This document shows positions 10,831-21,326 of a DNA stretch of 64,000 nucleotides, piece after piece. This DNA comes from Bacilli bacterium (GTDB lineage: Bacteria; Bacillota_I; Bacilli_A; RF39; UBA660). The stretch covers positions 14,527 to 78,526 of the forward strand of contig JAFQXM010000003.1 in assembly GCA_017406955.1 (NCBI GenBank). The letters run 5' to 3'. Position 1 is the first letter of the stretch, and each line of letters opens with the position of its first letter. A program made the position numbers and the translations under genes. Under the pieces are notes generated by a model, which saw only the letters and a list, made by a program, of their open reading frames with translations, made no database searches and had not been told where the DNA came from.

Positions 10831-12845
10831 ACATAATCACATTCACTACATTTTGTTTTTCCATCTTTTTCTACTAGATATTTACCACATTCTGGACACT
10901 TACCTTCTATAGGTTTATCCCATGAAGCAAATTTACATTTTGGATAATTATTACATCCATAGAATATTTTTCCTCTACGTGTTTTTCTTTCAATGATTTT
11001 TCCATCACAATTAGGACAATTCATAATTACTTTTTCTTCTTTTTTCTCTTTTTTTATGTATTTACAAGTTGGATAATTAGAACAAGCAACAAATTCTCCA
11101 TATTTACCATTTCTAACTACTAGAGGACTTCCACATTCTGGACATTTTTCTCCTGTTTCTTCTGGAGCTTTTTTCTCCATATCTGAAAATGCATCTGATA
11201 CACGTGGTTCAAATATTTTATAAAAATCTTCTAATACTTTATTCCATACTTCTTTACCATCAGCAATTTTATCTAGATCATCTTCCATATCTTTAGTATA
11301 TTCTACATTAATTAAATCACTAAAGAATTCTTGTAGTTTATCAGTAGTTTCTATACCCATTTCTGTAGGTTTAAATTTCTTTTCAACTAACTCTACATAA
11401 TTTCTTTCTTTAATTGTATCTATTATTTTTGCATATGTAGATGGTCTACCTATACCTAATTCTTCCATTTCTTTTATAAGTTTAGCTTCTGTATATCTAG
11501 CAGGTGGTTTTGTGAAGTGTTGTGTACTTTCTACATCTGTAGTAATTACTTCTTCTTTATCGCCTATTTCTGGAAGTATCTTATCTTCACTATCTTCATA
11601 ATCTTTATATATTTTTAAATAACCATCAAATATTAACACTTGACCAGTAGTTTTAAATTTATAATCATTATTATCAAATATAATAGTAGTTTGATTAACT
11701 TTAGCATCTGACATTAGTGATGCGATAGTCCTTTTATAAATTAAACTATATAATTTAAATTCATCTGGCTTTAAATACCCTTTAATCTTTTTAGGTTCTC
11801 TTAAAACATTAGTTGGACGAATTGCTTCATGAGCATCTTGTACATTTTCAGTTTTTTTACTTTTCTTAATATAACCTACATATTCTTTACCATATTCTTT
11901 TTCAATATACTTTCTAGCAGAAGTAGTAAAGTCATCAGAAAGTCTTGTAGAATCTGTTCTCATATAAGTAATAAGACCAACTGTTTCATCTCCTAAATCA
12001 ATTCCTTCATATAACTTTTGCGCAATACTCATAGTTTTTCTAGCTGGAAAATTTAATTTAGTAGATGCTTCTTGTTGTAGAGTTGAAGTAATAAAAGGAA
12101 ATTTACTTTTCTTACGACGTTCTTTTTTCTCTATACTTTCAACTGTATATTTATCATCAATAACATCTAATACTTTATTAGCATCTTTTTCTGATTTTAA
12201 TTCTATATCATCATCTTTATATTTAAATAATTTAGCTTCATAATCTTTAAAGATTGCAGTTATAGTCCAATACTCTTCTGGATTAAAAGCATCTATTTCT
12301 CTTTCTCTATCAACAATTAGTTTTAAAGCAACACTTTGTACTCTACCTGCACTTTTTGCTCCTATTTTACTTTGTAGTAGTTTAGATAATCTAAAACCAA
12401 TAATACGATCTAGTATTCTTCTAGTTTCTTGACTTTTTACTAAATTATCATCTATTACAGTAGGATTATCTATAGCTTTAATAACTTTATCTTTAGTTAT
12501 TTCATTAAATAATACTCTTTTATAATTACTATCTTTAATACCTAAAGTATCTTTTAAATGCCAAGCAATAGCTTCTCCTTCTCTATCTGGATCGCTGGCA
12601 AGATATATAGTATCACTATCTTTAACATCTTTCTTTAGATCTCTAATTACATTAGTTTTTCCCTTAATAGGAATATAATTAGGTTTAAATCCATTATCAA
12701 TATCTACACCTAATCCAAAGCGACCAGATGTAGCAAGATCTCTAATATGTCCTTTAGAAGAAACCACCTTAAAGTCTTTTCCTAAATACTTTTCAATAGT
12801 TTTACTTTTACTTGGACTTTCCACTATAACTAAATTCTTTGTCAT
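10824..12845 (-). CDS. topA: DNA topoisomerase I
   Basis: IVESPSK, DPDREGE, SAGRVQS and ITYMRTDS motifs; C-terminal C4 zinc ribbons. Confidence 0.97.
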   Translation of the reverse strand: MTKNLVIVESPSKSKTIEKYLGKDFKVVSSKGHIRDLATSGRFGLGVDIDNGFKPNYIPIKGKTNVIRDLKKDVKDSDTIYLASDPDREGEAIAWHLKDTLGIKDSNYKRVLFNEITKDKVIKAIDNPTVIDDNLVKSQETRRILDRIIGFRLSKLLQSKIGAKSAGRVQSVALKLIVDREREIDAFNPEEYWTITAIFKDYEAKLFKYKDDDIELKSEKDANKVLDVIDDKYTVESIEKKERRKKSKFPFITSTLQQEASTKLNFPARKTMSIAQKLYEGIDLGDETVGLITYMRTDSTRLSDDFTTSARKYIEKEYGKEYVGYIKKSKKTENVQDAHEAIRPTNVLREPKKIKGYLKPDEFKLYSLIYKRTIASLMSDAKVNQTTIIFDNNDYKFKTTGQVLIFDGYLKIYKDYEDSEDKILPEIGDKEEVITTDVESTQHFTKPPARYTEAKLIKEMEELGIGRPSTYAKIIDTIKERNYVELVEKKFKPTEMGIETTDKLQEFFSDLINVEYTKDMEDDLDKIADGKEVWNKVLEDFYKIFEPRVSDAFSDMEKKAPEETGEKCPECGSPLVVRNGKYGEFVACSNYPTCKYIKKEKKEEKVIMNCPNCDGKIIERKTRRGKIFYGCNNYPKCKFASWDKPIEGKCPECGKYLVEKDGKTKCSECDYVK

Positions 12846-12878
12846 AAGATGCCTCCTTAAAATTATTTATATTTATTA

Positions 12879-13556
12879 TTACATAGTTTTATGTTTATTT
12901 TCTTCTTTATTTAAACCATTAAAATACTCTATAATTTCTCCACTTCTAATTTTATTTCTTAATTCGTTATCATTTCTATCTATTTTTTCTGCATCATACA
13001 TCACTTTAGTACCCATAACTATTTTAGCTATATCTATAGCACAAAACTTATCTATTGGATCTATTCCACTATATTCATCATCATCATTTAATTTATACAT
13101 TTCATTTATAACACTTTTGGTTTTATCTTGATCAAAACCATAATTATTATTAGCATACAAATATATTTCATCAAGAAAATTATCTGTTATATATTTTGTA
13201 TCATTAATATTAGGATTACTTTTTAATATTTTTTCTTTTAACTCTGGATATACAAATTCTCCATTACTATATAATTTATAAACACCAAAATTTAAACCAA
13301 TTAATAAACTTAAATCTATATTATATTTATTATTCTCTTCATTATATAAATTATATGCCATTTTACGAATTATAAGTTTATCTAGTTCTTCTTTAGTTTT
13401 TGCTTGTTTTATTATATTAGGAATATCATAACTACAGTTTTCATTATTATGCATATTTATGATAGATGTATCTATACCTAGTAATTTATCTTTACCATTA
13501 AGTTTATGTATAAATCTTTTCTTTTTAAATCCTTCTGCTTTTCTTAACTCAGACAT
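12879..13556 (-). CDS. Hypothetical protein
   Basis: ORF between rnhB and topA; probable start MSELRK after AGGAAGTG; no motif recognised. Confidence 0.7.
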   Translation of the reverse strand: MSELRKAEGFKKKRFIHKLNGKDKLLGIDTSIINMHNNENCSYDIPNIIKQAKTKEELDKLIIRKMAYNLYNEENNKYNIDLSLLIGLNFGVYKLYSNGEFVYPELKEKILKSNPNINDTKYITDNFLDEIYLYANNNYGFDQDKTKSVINEMYKLNDDDEYSGIDPIDKFCAIDIAKIVMGTKVMYDAEKIDRNDNELRNKIRSGEIIEYFNGLNKEENKHKTM

Positions 13557-13560
13557 ATAA

Positions 13561-14199
13561 TCACTTCCTATCAATTATTTTCTTAACTGGCCCATAACTT
13601 TTTCGGTGCTCTGGAATTATACCATATTTTTCTATAGCATCCAAATGTTTTTTAGTAGGATATCCTTTATTATTCTTAAAATCATACATAGGATATTTCT
13701 TATCTAATTCATATAACATATTATCTCTAGTTACTTTCGCAATTACAGAAGCAGCCGCAATAGTTATACTTTTTAAATCACCTTTTATTATAGATGTAGT
13801 AGGAATATCTATATCTAGAGGCATTGCATCTATTAATATATGTTCAGGTTTTATATCACAATTTTTTATAGCTTGTTTCATAGCTAATTTAGTTGCTTCA
13901 TAGATATTTACTTTATCAATAGTTTTTTCATCTATTATACCTATACCAATACTTATAGCTTGTTTTTTTATTTCTTCATAAAAATAATTTCTTTTTTTCT
14001 CACTTAGTTTTTTAGAATCAGTAAGTCCATCTAAATCAAACTTTTCTGGTAGTATAACACAAGCAGTTACTACAGGTCCAACTAAGGGACCTCTACCTAC
14101 TTCATCTACTCCAGCAATTAATTTAATACCTGAAGAAATTAAATCCCTCTCATATTTATAATTATCAATATCTTTAACTTTTCCTACTGTTTTTTTCAT
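13561..14199 (-). CDS. rnhB: Ribonuclease HII
   Basis: GVDEVGRGP, DSKKL, AAASVIAKVTRD and KGYPT motifs. Confidence 0.97.
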   Translation of the reverse strand: MKKTVGKVKDIDNYKYERDLISSGIKLIAGVDEVGRGPLVGPVVTACVILPEKFDLDGLTDSKKLSEKKRNYFYEEIKKQAISIGIGIIDEKTIDKVNIYEATKLAMKQAIKNCDIKPEHILIDAMPLDIDIPTTSIIKGDLKSITIAAASVIAKVTRDNMLYELDKKYPMYDFKNNKGYPTKKHLDAIEKYGIIPEHRKSYGPVKKIIDRK

Positions 14200-14226
14200 A
14201 AATACCTCTATTTACATATAAAACAT

Positions 14227-15087
14227 TTATTTTAATCTGTCAAATGTTACATTACCAAAATAACCACTTTTTAAGTCTTTTATAATAATATTTGACACTT
14301 TATCATAATCAGCTACTCCACCTTTAGTTAAAGCACCTCTTTTACTAGCAATTAAATCGTATGTCTCGATAAAGTCTTCATCTAATTCTTCTATTCCATA
14401 ACGTTCTTTTAATCTATCAGGATATAATTCATTTAATTTTTGTAAAATGAAAGTGGCGATCATTCCATTATCTAGTATTTCTTCTTTAATAGAAGATAAA
14501 GCAGCAAGTGTCTTAGCATTATCTTGATTTTCTATTTTAGGCCATAATATACCAGGAGTATCTAATAATTCTATATCTTTGTTAATTCTAATCCAAGATA
14601 GACTCTTAGTAAATCCAGGTTTATTACCTACACCAGCAGACTTCTTACCTACTAATCTATTAATTAAAGTAGATTTACCAGCATTAGGTACACCTATAAT
14701 TAACGCTCTAATACTACGAGGTTTTAGTCCCTTAAATATTCTTTTATCATTTTCTTCTTTTAATACTTTTTTAGATTCTTCTATAATTTTCTTAACATTT
14801 AAACCACTCATTAAATCAACTGGTATAACTTTATAACCTTTTTCTTCATAATAATCTATAAACTTATTAGTTTCTTCTTTATCACATAAATCATATTTAG
14901 TCATAATTAATATACGAGGTTTATCTTTAATTAAATTATCAATATCTACTATTTTAGAAGATATAGGCATTCTAGCATCTATAACTTCATAAACAATATC
15001 TACTAAATTTAATTTCTCACTAATCTCCCTCTTAGTCTTAGCCATATGACCAGGATACCAATTTATATTAGTTTTATTTTCATTCAT
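14227..15087 (-). CDS. rbgA: Ribosome biogenesis GTPase RbgA (YlqF)
   Basis: WYPGHMAK, GVPNAGKS and DTPG motifs. Confidence 0.96.
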   Translation of the reverse strand: MNENKTNINWYPGHMAKTKREISEKLNLVDIVYEVIDARMPISSKIVDIDNLIKDKPRILIMTKYDLCDKEETNKFIDYYEEKGYKVIPVDLMSGLNVKKIIEESKKVLKEENDKRIFKGLKPRSIRALIIGVPNAGKSTLINRLVGKKSAGVGNKPGFTKSLSWIRINKDIELLDTPGILWPKIENQDNAKTLAALSSIKEEILDNGMIATFILQKLNELYPDRLKERYGIEELDEDFIETYDLIASKRGALTKGGVADYDKVSNIIIKDLKSGYFGNVTFDRLK

Positions 15088-15106
15088 CCCACTCAACTCC
15101 TTTATA

Positions 15107-15487
15107 TTATTTAACTAGTTGATATAAACTACTCTGAGGAGAATCTGTATTTATGTTAAAGCTTCCCTTTTTTATAAATACTTTATTTTGATTTCCAATT
15201 TCAACTATTGTAAATAGTGTATTGTTGTCAGCATCATAACATACAAAATACTTATGTGCAGTATTTCCATATTCTCCAGATATTTTTTTGTACTTTAAAT
15301 CTTTATACTCATCAATAAATCTTTCTACATCATAGTTCTCATTTTGATTTAATGCACCACCAACTTTTATATAACTAATTTTATTGAAATCTATATCTGT
15401 TATTTCTGCAATAGTCATAGTTGATTTACTACAACCAACTAAACATAAACAAATCATTATCACAAGTAAATATAAAACTTTTTTCAT
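15107..15487 (-). CDS. Hypothetical lipoprotein
   Basis: MKK plus hydrophobic stretch plus LVGC lipobox. Confidence 0.7.
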   Translation of the reverse strand: MKKVLYLLVIMICLCLVGCSKSTMTIAEITDIDFNKISYIKVGGALNQNENYDVERFIDEYKDLKYKKISGEYGNTAHKYFVCYDADNNTLFTIVEIGNQNKVFIKKGSFNINTDSPQSSLYQLVK

Positions 15488-15571
15488 TTTATCACATCTC
15501 CTCTTTTTAAATTATTAAGATTATAGCACATAAAAGGCAGATTTTGTAGTAATCTACCAAATTATAGATAG

Positions 15572-16291
15572 TTATACAACTTTTAATGTCTTTGTATATT
15601 TAGAATCATTTTGTCTTTTTTTAACAAAACGTATAATTATAAATACAAAAATTATACATACTAATTCTAATATAACAGGAATAAATGCTATATTATCATT
15701 TGCTTTCATTACTTCTTTACTTAAACCAAAGTCATATAGACCATGAAGTAACCAAGGTATTATAAAACTTAATACTCCATAAACTTTCTTTTTAGTTTCT
15801 AACATTTTAGAATAGAACCATCCCATAATAAATCCATATCCAGCATGACCTATTGAGATACCTTTAAGTAACATAACTATTATTCCTGAACCAAAAGAAT
15901 ATGTAGCATTTTCTATACAACCAAATCCTAACCCAACAATTGTCATAAATATTGTTAGATTGTACCAATTGTATTTATATTTATTCTTTTTTATTACTTT
16001 TTTAAATGTTAAGAATTTTATTAATTCTTCTGATAAAGCTAAAACTATAAATGTATAATATGCTTGATATATGATTGGATTAATTTTTAATAGTTTAAAT
16101 ATTATTCCAATTATTGCGAATGCAAGTGATGTTAAAGTAATAAATAACACAGAAAAAATTCCTTTTTTAAATGATTCTTTACAAATCTCTTTATACTTTT
16201 TATCATCACTTTTCTTTATAAACCATCTATATAACATAATAGATGGAGCTAAACTTACTATAAGTGATACTAATAATACTACTATAATCAT
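15572..16291 (-). CDS. PrsW family intramembrane glutamic protease
   Basis: EELIK, GFGCIEN, H and HGLYD motifs in a multi-TM protein. Confidence 0.85.
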   Translation of the reverse strand: MIIVVLLVSLIVSLAPSIMLYRWFIKKSDDKKYKEICKESFKKGIFSVLFITLTSLAFAIIGIIFKLLKINPIIYQAYYTFIVLALSEELIKFLTFKKVIKKNKYKYNWYNLTIFMTIVGLGFGCIENATYSFGSGIIVMLLKGISIGHAGYGFIMGWFYSKMLETKKKVYGVLSFIIPWLLHGLYDFGLSKEVMKANDNIAFIPVILELVCIIFVFIIIRFVKKRQNDSKYTKTLKVV

Positions 16292-16292
16292 A

Positions 16293-16787
16293 TTAAACTC
16301 CTTTAATTATTTTCTTTATATCTTTATTAGTTACAAATATTAATTTGTCTTTATATTTTTCTAATTCTTTTAATCTTGTTTTTTCTTTTTTATAATATGA
16401 ATTAACAGTTGAAATATAATATAACCATTGTTTAAAAACTGGTGGGTGATTATAACGTTTTTTTCCTAATCTTTGTTTAATCCATCTTTTAGATACTCTA
16501 AAGTATGATTTTATTCTTGAAAGTTTTATATAATAAATAATATCTGCTTCACTTCTACCTTTTTTAAACTTTTCTCTTCCTACATCTTCAATTATCCATG
16601 ATTTATTTTTAATAATTTTATTAAATATATTTTTTGCCTCTTTTTCAGGACGTTTAGTATTACCGTTATCATCATCCCAAGAAACTTTATCAAGTTCATA
16701 ATATTTTATATTATATTTTTTAGATAATTTAGTTGCGAAAGTTGTTTTACCACTACCTACTGGTCCGATAATATATATTTTTTTCAT
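16293..16787 (-). CDS. P-loop kinase, FlaR/topology-modulation-protein-like
   Basis: KIYIIGPVGSGKTT Walker A and WIIED. Confidence 0.7.
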   Translation of the reverse strand: MKKIYIIGPVGSGKTTFATKLSKKYNIKYYELDKVSWDDDNGNTKRPEKEAKNIFNKIIKNKSWIIEDVGREKFKKGRSEADIIYYIKLSRIKSYFRVSKRWIKQRLGKKRYNHPPVFKQWLYYISTVNSYYKKEKTRLKELEKYKDKLIFVTNKDIKKIIKGV

Positions 16788-16791
16788 GATA

Positions 16792-17136
16792 TTACTCCTC
16801 TTTATTTATCTTGAATATTTCAAATACTATTTTACTATCTTCTGTGAAATCTTTATTTTCGCTTTTAAAAAAATTGTAATGATTCTTTTTCCAAGTTTCT
16901 AAATCTCCTTCTCCTTCTAATAGAGATAATTCTTCTGTCATTTCATTAAATCTCATAACTTCATAATCAATTGTTTCAACTACACAAGCATCCTGTCCAT
17001 CATCAAACACTAAAATTGATTTTCCACCTTTTTTAGGTAATTCTTCTTTATATAAGTATGATGTTGCGCACTTTTTACCAGATAATACTAATTTTATTAA
17101 TTTATCATTATCTATTCCAAACTTCCATTTTTCCAT
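16792..17136 (-). CDS. ASCH domain protein
   Basis: LVLSGKKCATS, EGEG and W..NH..FF motifs. Confidence 0.85.
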   Translation of the reverse strand: MEKWKFGIDNDKLIKLVLSGKKCATSYLYKEELPKKGGKSILVFDDGQDACVVETIDYEVMRFNEMTEELSLLEGEGDLETWKKNHYNFFKSENKDFTEDSKIVFEIFKINKEE

Positions 17137-17235
17137 AAATATCACCCTCTTTTTAAATTATATCATATATAATGTTTCTTTTAATGATATTCTAATATTT
17201 TCTGTAAAATTAAAAGCACTTAATAGTGCTTTTAA

Positions 17236-19644
17236 TTATTCAGTCTTTAAAGATTCAACTGGGTCTTTTTTACTAGCCATATTAGCTGGACGTAGTCCTG
17301 CAAATACTGTAAGTCCTACACTAAGTAGAATTAATATTAATGCATGTACTATAGAAAAACTCATAACATTATCTATTTTAGCAGTTACTTTTACTATTCC
17401 ATTTACTGAAAGTGATAGTAAGAAGCTTATTATTACTCCTAGTCCTCCAGCTAGTAATCCTTCAATAATAGTTTCTGCTCTAAATACTCTTCTAATATCT
17501 TTTTTACTAGCTCCAATAGCTCTTAAGATACCTATTTCTTTAGTTCGTTCTAATACTGAAATATATGTAATTATACCTATCATTATAGAAGATACTATTA
17601 ACGATATAGATACAAAGGCTATTATTACCATTGATATCATTTTTACTATTGATGTAAGAGCTCCTGTTAAAGTTTCTATATCATCTGTATATTTAATTTT
17701 ATCTTTTTTATCTACTTTTTTATTATAATTATCTATAAATTTCTTTATTTTTTCTTTAGATTCAAATTTCTTTGGATAAATACTTATTTCATATGGATCA
17801 TCCATATCCGCAGAAGCTAATTTCTTTAAATTATTTTCATATTTATCATTTATATTATCAAATGCTAATCCTGTAAAAACGTTAACTTTAGGATTTCTCT
17901 TTTGTTCTTTTACTATATCACTATTATTAGCAATACTAGTATAATCTTCAATTAATTCATGGGTATACCCTAAGAATCCATTTGTAGAATTATTATCTTT
18001 TACTTTAACAACTCCAACTATTTTTATATCTTGCCCATCTTCATATAAACTATTTACATAATTATTATCATCTTCTCTACTAATCCAAGCATTTCCTACT
18101 TTTTCATAGTAATCTACTCCATTAATTAATTTATAAGTTTTACCTATTAAACTATTATAACTAAGTACTTTACTTTCTAAATTAATTTTTTCTCCACTAC
18201 CTTGTTTTTCCATAACAGAATATAAAGTATCTTTATTTTCTATATTTAAAGAATATATTGTAGATAGATCTATTTCACCTTTTTTATTTACTACTAATAC
18301 TACTTCATTTTTATTTTTAGGCATATGTCCAGATAATACTTTATATTGATTATTGTCTTTTAACTCTATAAAAGCATTTTTAACAAGAGATGTTGAAAAC
18401 ATTGATTCAAGTCCTGTTGCACCTACATCAGTAGCATTTTCATTAGGATTAATTTTTACTACTTCTCCATTACTATCTTTATCATATAATTGTAAATCTA
18501 CGTTATATGAATATATAATGTTTGATGCATATTTATTAATTTCTTCTTTATTATTATCTAAATACTCTTTCATCTTCTTTAAATTGTTTTTTCTAGTTTT
18601 AGTAGTTGCATTTAACATTATGTTATTTGAAATATCATCATTTGCAAGTACTGCATTTTTATGTGATTTTTTCTTTTTCTTATTTACTTTATAATCTGAT
18701 GATGTTTTAGTCTCTTCTGTTGTATTTTTCATACTAATAGCTTGTGATCCAAATGATGATTTTTGCATATTATCAATATAGTTATTAACTCCATTAGAAA
18801 GAGCTAAAACTAAAGCAATACCAATAATACCAATACTTCCTGCAATTGCAGTCATTATAGTTCTACCTTTTTTAGTAAATAAATTATTTTTACTTAAAGA
18901 TAATGCAGTTAATAGGCTCATTGAACTTTTTTTCTTATTATCTTCATCTTTTACTTTTTCTTTACCATCAAATTCTTTTGTATCATTAATAACTTTTCCA
19001 TCTTTTAATTCTACTATTCTTGTAGAATATTTATCTGCAAGTTCTTTATTATGTGTAACCATAATAACTAGTTTATCTTTAGCTACTTCTTTTAATAAAT
19101 CCATAATTTGAACACTAGTTTTGGAATCAAGTGCTCCTGTTGGCTCATCTGCTAAAACTATTTCTGGATCATTAACTAATGCTCTTGCAATTGCAACTCT
19201 TTGCATCTGTCCACCAGAAAGTTGTCCTGGTCTTTTATTAATTTGTTTTTCTAAGCCAACTTTTTTTAATGCTTCTTTAGCTCTTTTAATTCTTTCATTT
19301 TTAGATATTCCAGATACAGTTAAAGCTAATTCTACATTAGTTAATATTGTTTGATGAGTTATTAAATTATAATTTTGGAATATAAAACCAATTTTATGAT
19401 TTCTATACATATCCCAATCACTATCTTTATATTCTTTTGTACTTACTCCATTAATTAATAAATCTCCACTATCATAATGATCTAGACCCCCGATCATATT
19501 TAAAAGTGTTGATTTACCAGATCCTGATGCTCCTAAAATAGATACAAACTCATTTTTTCTAAAGTTAATAGAAACTTTATCTAATGCTTTTAACTCTACT
19601 TCTTCATTACTATAAATTTTTGTTACTTTTTTTACTTCTAACAT
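17236..19644 (-). CDS. ABC transporter, fused ATP-binding and FtsX-type permease (MacB-like)
   Basis: GASGSGKS, LSGGQ and DEPT motifs; C-terminal ERTKEIGILRAIG. Confidence 0.92.
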   Translation of the reverse strand: MLEVKKVTKIYSNEEVELKALDKVSINFRKNEFVSILGASGSGKSTLLNMIGGLDHYDSGDLLINGVSTKEYKDSDWDMYRNHKIGFIFQNYNLITHQTILTNVELALTVSGISKNERIKRAKEALKKVGLEKQINKRPGQLSGGQMQRVAIARALVNDPEIVLADEPTGALDSKTSVQIMDLLKEVAKDKLVIMVTHNKELADKYSTRIVELKDGKVINDTKEFDGKEKVKDEDNKKKSSMSLLTALSLSKNNLFTKKGRTIMTAIAGSIGIIGIALVLALSNGVNNYIDNMQKSSFGSQAISMKNTTEETKTSSDYKVNKKKKKSHKNAVLANDDISNNIMLNATTKTRKNNLKKMKEYLDNNKEEINKYASNIIYSYNVDLQLYDKDSNGEVVKINPNENATDVGATGLESMFSTSLVKNAFIELKDNNQYKVLSGHMPKNKNEVVLVVNKKGEIDLSTIYSLNIENKDTLYSVMEKQGSGEKINLESKVLSYNSLIGKTYKLINGVDYYEKVGNAWISREDDNNYVNSLYEDGQDIKIVGVVKVKDNNSTNGFLGYTHELIEDYTSIANNSDIVKEQKRNPKVNVFTGLAFDNINDKYENNLKKLASADMDDPYEISIYPKKFESKEKIKKFIDNYNKKVDKKDKIKYTDDIETLTGALTSIVKMISMVIIAFVSISLIVSSIMIGIITYISVLERTKEIGILRAIGASKKDIRRVFRAETIIEGLLAGGLGVIISFLLSLSVNGIVKVTAKIDNVMSFSIVHALILILLSVGLTVFAGLRPANMASKKDPVESLKTE

Positions 19645-19704
19645 TTAAACACTCCTTTTATAGTCATAGTATATTTTATTTTTTGCTGTTAATCAATTAT
19701 TTTG

Positions 19705-20268
19705 TTATTTATTATAACTTAATAATACAAATTCAGTATAATTATCGCTTTTATCTTCTATATTTTTCTTAATACAATGTAAATTATATTTAACACCCGC
19801 CTGATATGGACATATTACAGCACTATTTTTATCTAATTTATTTTCATTTAATAGTTTAGCAGATAAAGCTGTATCTTTTGTATAAATGTATTCTATATTA
19901 TTAAACATTTTATTTATATTATTTTTAGTTTGTAATATTGCTTGTTCATGTGATGCTATATATTTTATATTTTCATTCTTTACATATTTTTTTCTAAATA
20001 AGCAGTGGTGTATAGGAATTTTTATTTTAGATATTATTTTAAAACTATTATTTAAAACTTTTTTAGTTTCTTTTACTTCTCCTACAATGGAGTTTTTTAT
20101 GGCTAAAACTGCATAATCTATATTTTTACTTATTAAGTTATCTATCACATTTTTAGATGTTGTTAAATCTATTAACTCTATCTCACCTAATTTTTCTTTA
20201 TTGATAAATTCTAAAGTAGCGTAATAAGAATTACTATATTTAATTCCTTGATAACCTATCTTTTTCAT
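19705..20268 (-). CDS. Stand-alone prephenate-dehydratase-like domain protein (no ACT domain)
   Basis: GYQG..SNS, IKNS, IHHCL, SHEQAI.Q and IED...N.TEF. Probable start MKKIGYQG at 20268. Confidence 0.7.
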   Translation of the reverse strand: MKKIGYQGIKYSNSYYATLEFINKEKLGEIELIDLTTSKNVIDNLISKNIDYAVLAIKNSIVGEVKETKKVLNNSFKIISKIKIPIHHCLFRKKYVKNENIKYIASHEQAILQTKNNINKMFNNIEYIYTKDTALSAKLLNENKLDKNSAVICPYQAGVKYNLHCIKKNIEDKSDNYTEFVLLSYNK

Positions 20269-20269
20269 T

Positions 20270-21262
20270 TTATATCTCTTCCATAAATATAGTATTTGTT
20301 TCCCAATAACCACTTCTATTAGAACCTAATCTTTTAATAATATTTTGATTAGTTAATCTACTTAAATTATATTTAACACCATCTTCAGTTATATTTAGTT
20401 TCTTTGCTAGCTCTTTTTTTGTTATTGTTGGATTGTTTTTGATATATTTTATAATCTTTAATTGATTATTATTTAATTTAATCTTTTGGGTAGTTTTTTG
20501 GGTAGTTTTATCTAATATATTATTAATTATTTTTAACATAAATTCTATAAATACATTAGCATTACCATTATTATGACACTCAGAAATTGCATCATAATAT
20601 TCTTCTTGATTTAGATATATTTCTTCTTCTATAGAAATATATTCAAACTTTTTATTCCAATTAATTAAAATTAAATAAACCCAGAATCTAGCCATTCTTC
20701 CATTACCATCACTAAATGGATGAATATAGACTAAATAATAATGGAATAAACTTGCTTTTATTATTGGACGAATATTATCTTCTTCTTTTAAAAAATTAAA
20801 TAAACTTTTCATAAGAGAAGGAACTACTATAGATTCTGGAGCAGTATATATAATTTTGTCATCTCTTTTTACCCCTTCACCATGATCTCTATAATAACCA
20901 TTATCATCATCAAAATGTTTCATCATTAAAGAATGAACTATAAAGAAATCTTCTTCACTTTTATAATCAAATTTATTTATGTATTCATATACTTTATTAA
21001 TATTTTTAACTTCTTGGATATCTTTTTTCTTACCTAATACTATCTTATTGTCAATTACATTTTCTACTGATTTTAATGAAAGAGAATTATTTTCTATAGC
21101 TAGGGATGAATAAATGGATCTAATTTTTGATTTATTTTTCAAAGTTTTATTTATATTACTCTCTATAATTATATTTGATAATTTATTTTCTATTTCTTTT
21201 ATCATTTGTAAATTATCATTACTGATATAATAAATAAATTTTAGTGTATCAATGTTTTTCAT
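20270..21262 (-). CDS. Fic family protein with C-terminal winged HTH
   Basis: HPFSDGNGRMAR Fic motif, N-terminal SLAIEN inhibitory-type motif, C-terminal HTH ending G..R.GYW. Confidence 0.9.
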   Translation of the reverse strand: MKNIDTLKFIYYISNDNLQMIKEIENKLSNIIIESNINKTLKNKSKIRSIYSSLAIENNSLSLKSVENVIDNKIVLGKKKDIQEVKNINKVYEYINKFDYKSEEDFFIVHSLMMKHFDDDNGYYRDHGEGVKRDDKIIYTAPESIVVPSLMKSLFNFLKEEDNIRPIIKASLFHYYLVYIHPFSDGNGRMARFWVYLILINWNKKFEYISIEEEIYLNQEEYYDAISECHNNGNANVFIEFMLKIINNILDKTTQKTTQKIKLNNNQLKIIKYIKNNPTITKKELAKKLNITEDGVKYNLSRLTNQNIIKRLGSNRSGYWETNTIFMEEI

Positions 21263-21326
21263 TTATTCATCTCCTTTCTAAATTACTAACTAAATTATAT
21301 CATAAAAAAATAGATTTATATTATAT

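Noticed and set aside
20483-20510. 12-bp tandem duplication (TTQKTTQK) in the Fic gene
   Set aside because: In-frame two-copy linker repeat before the HTH; not a switch or an array.
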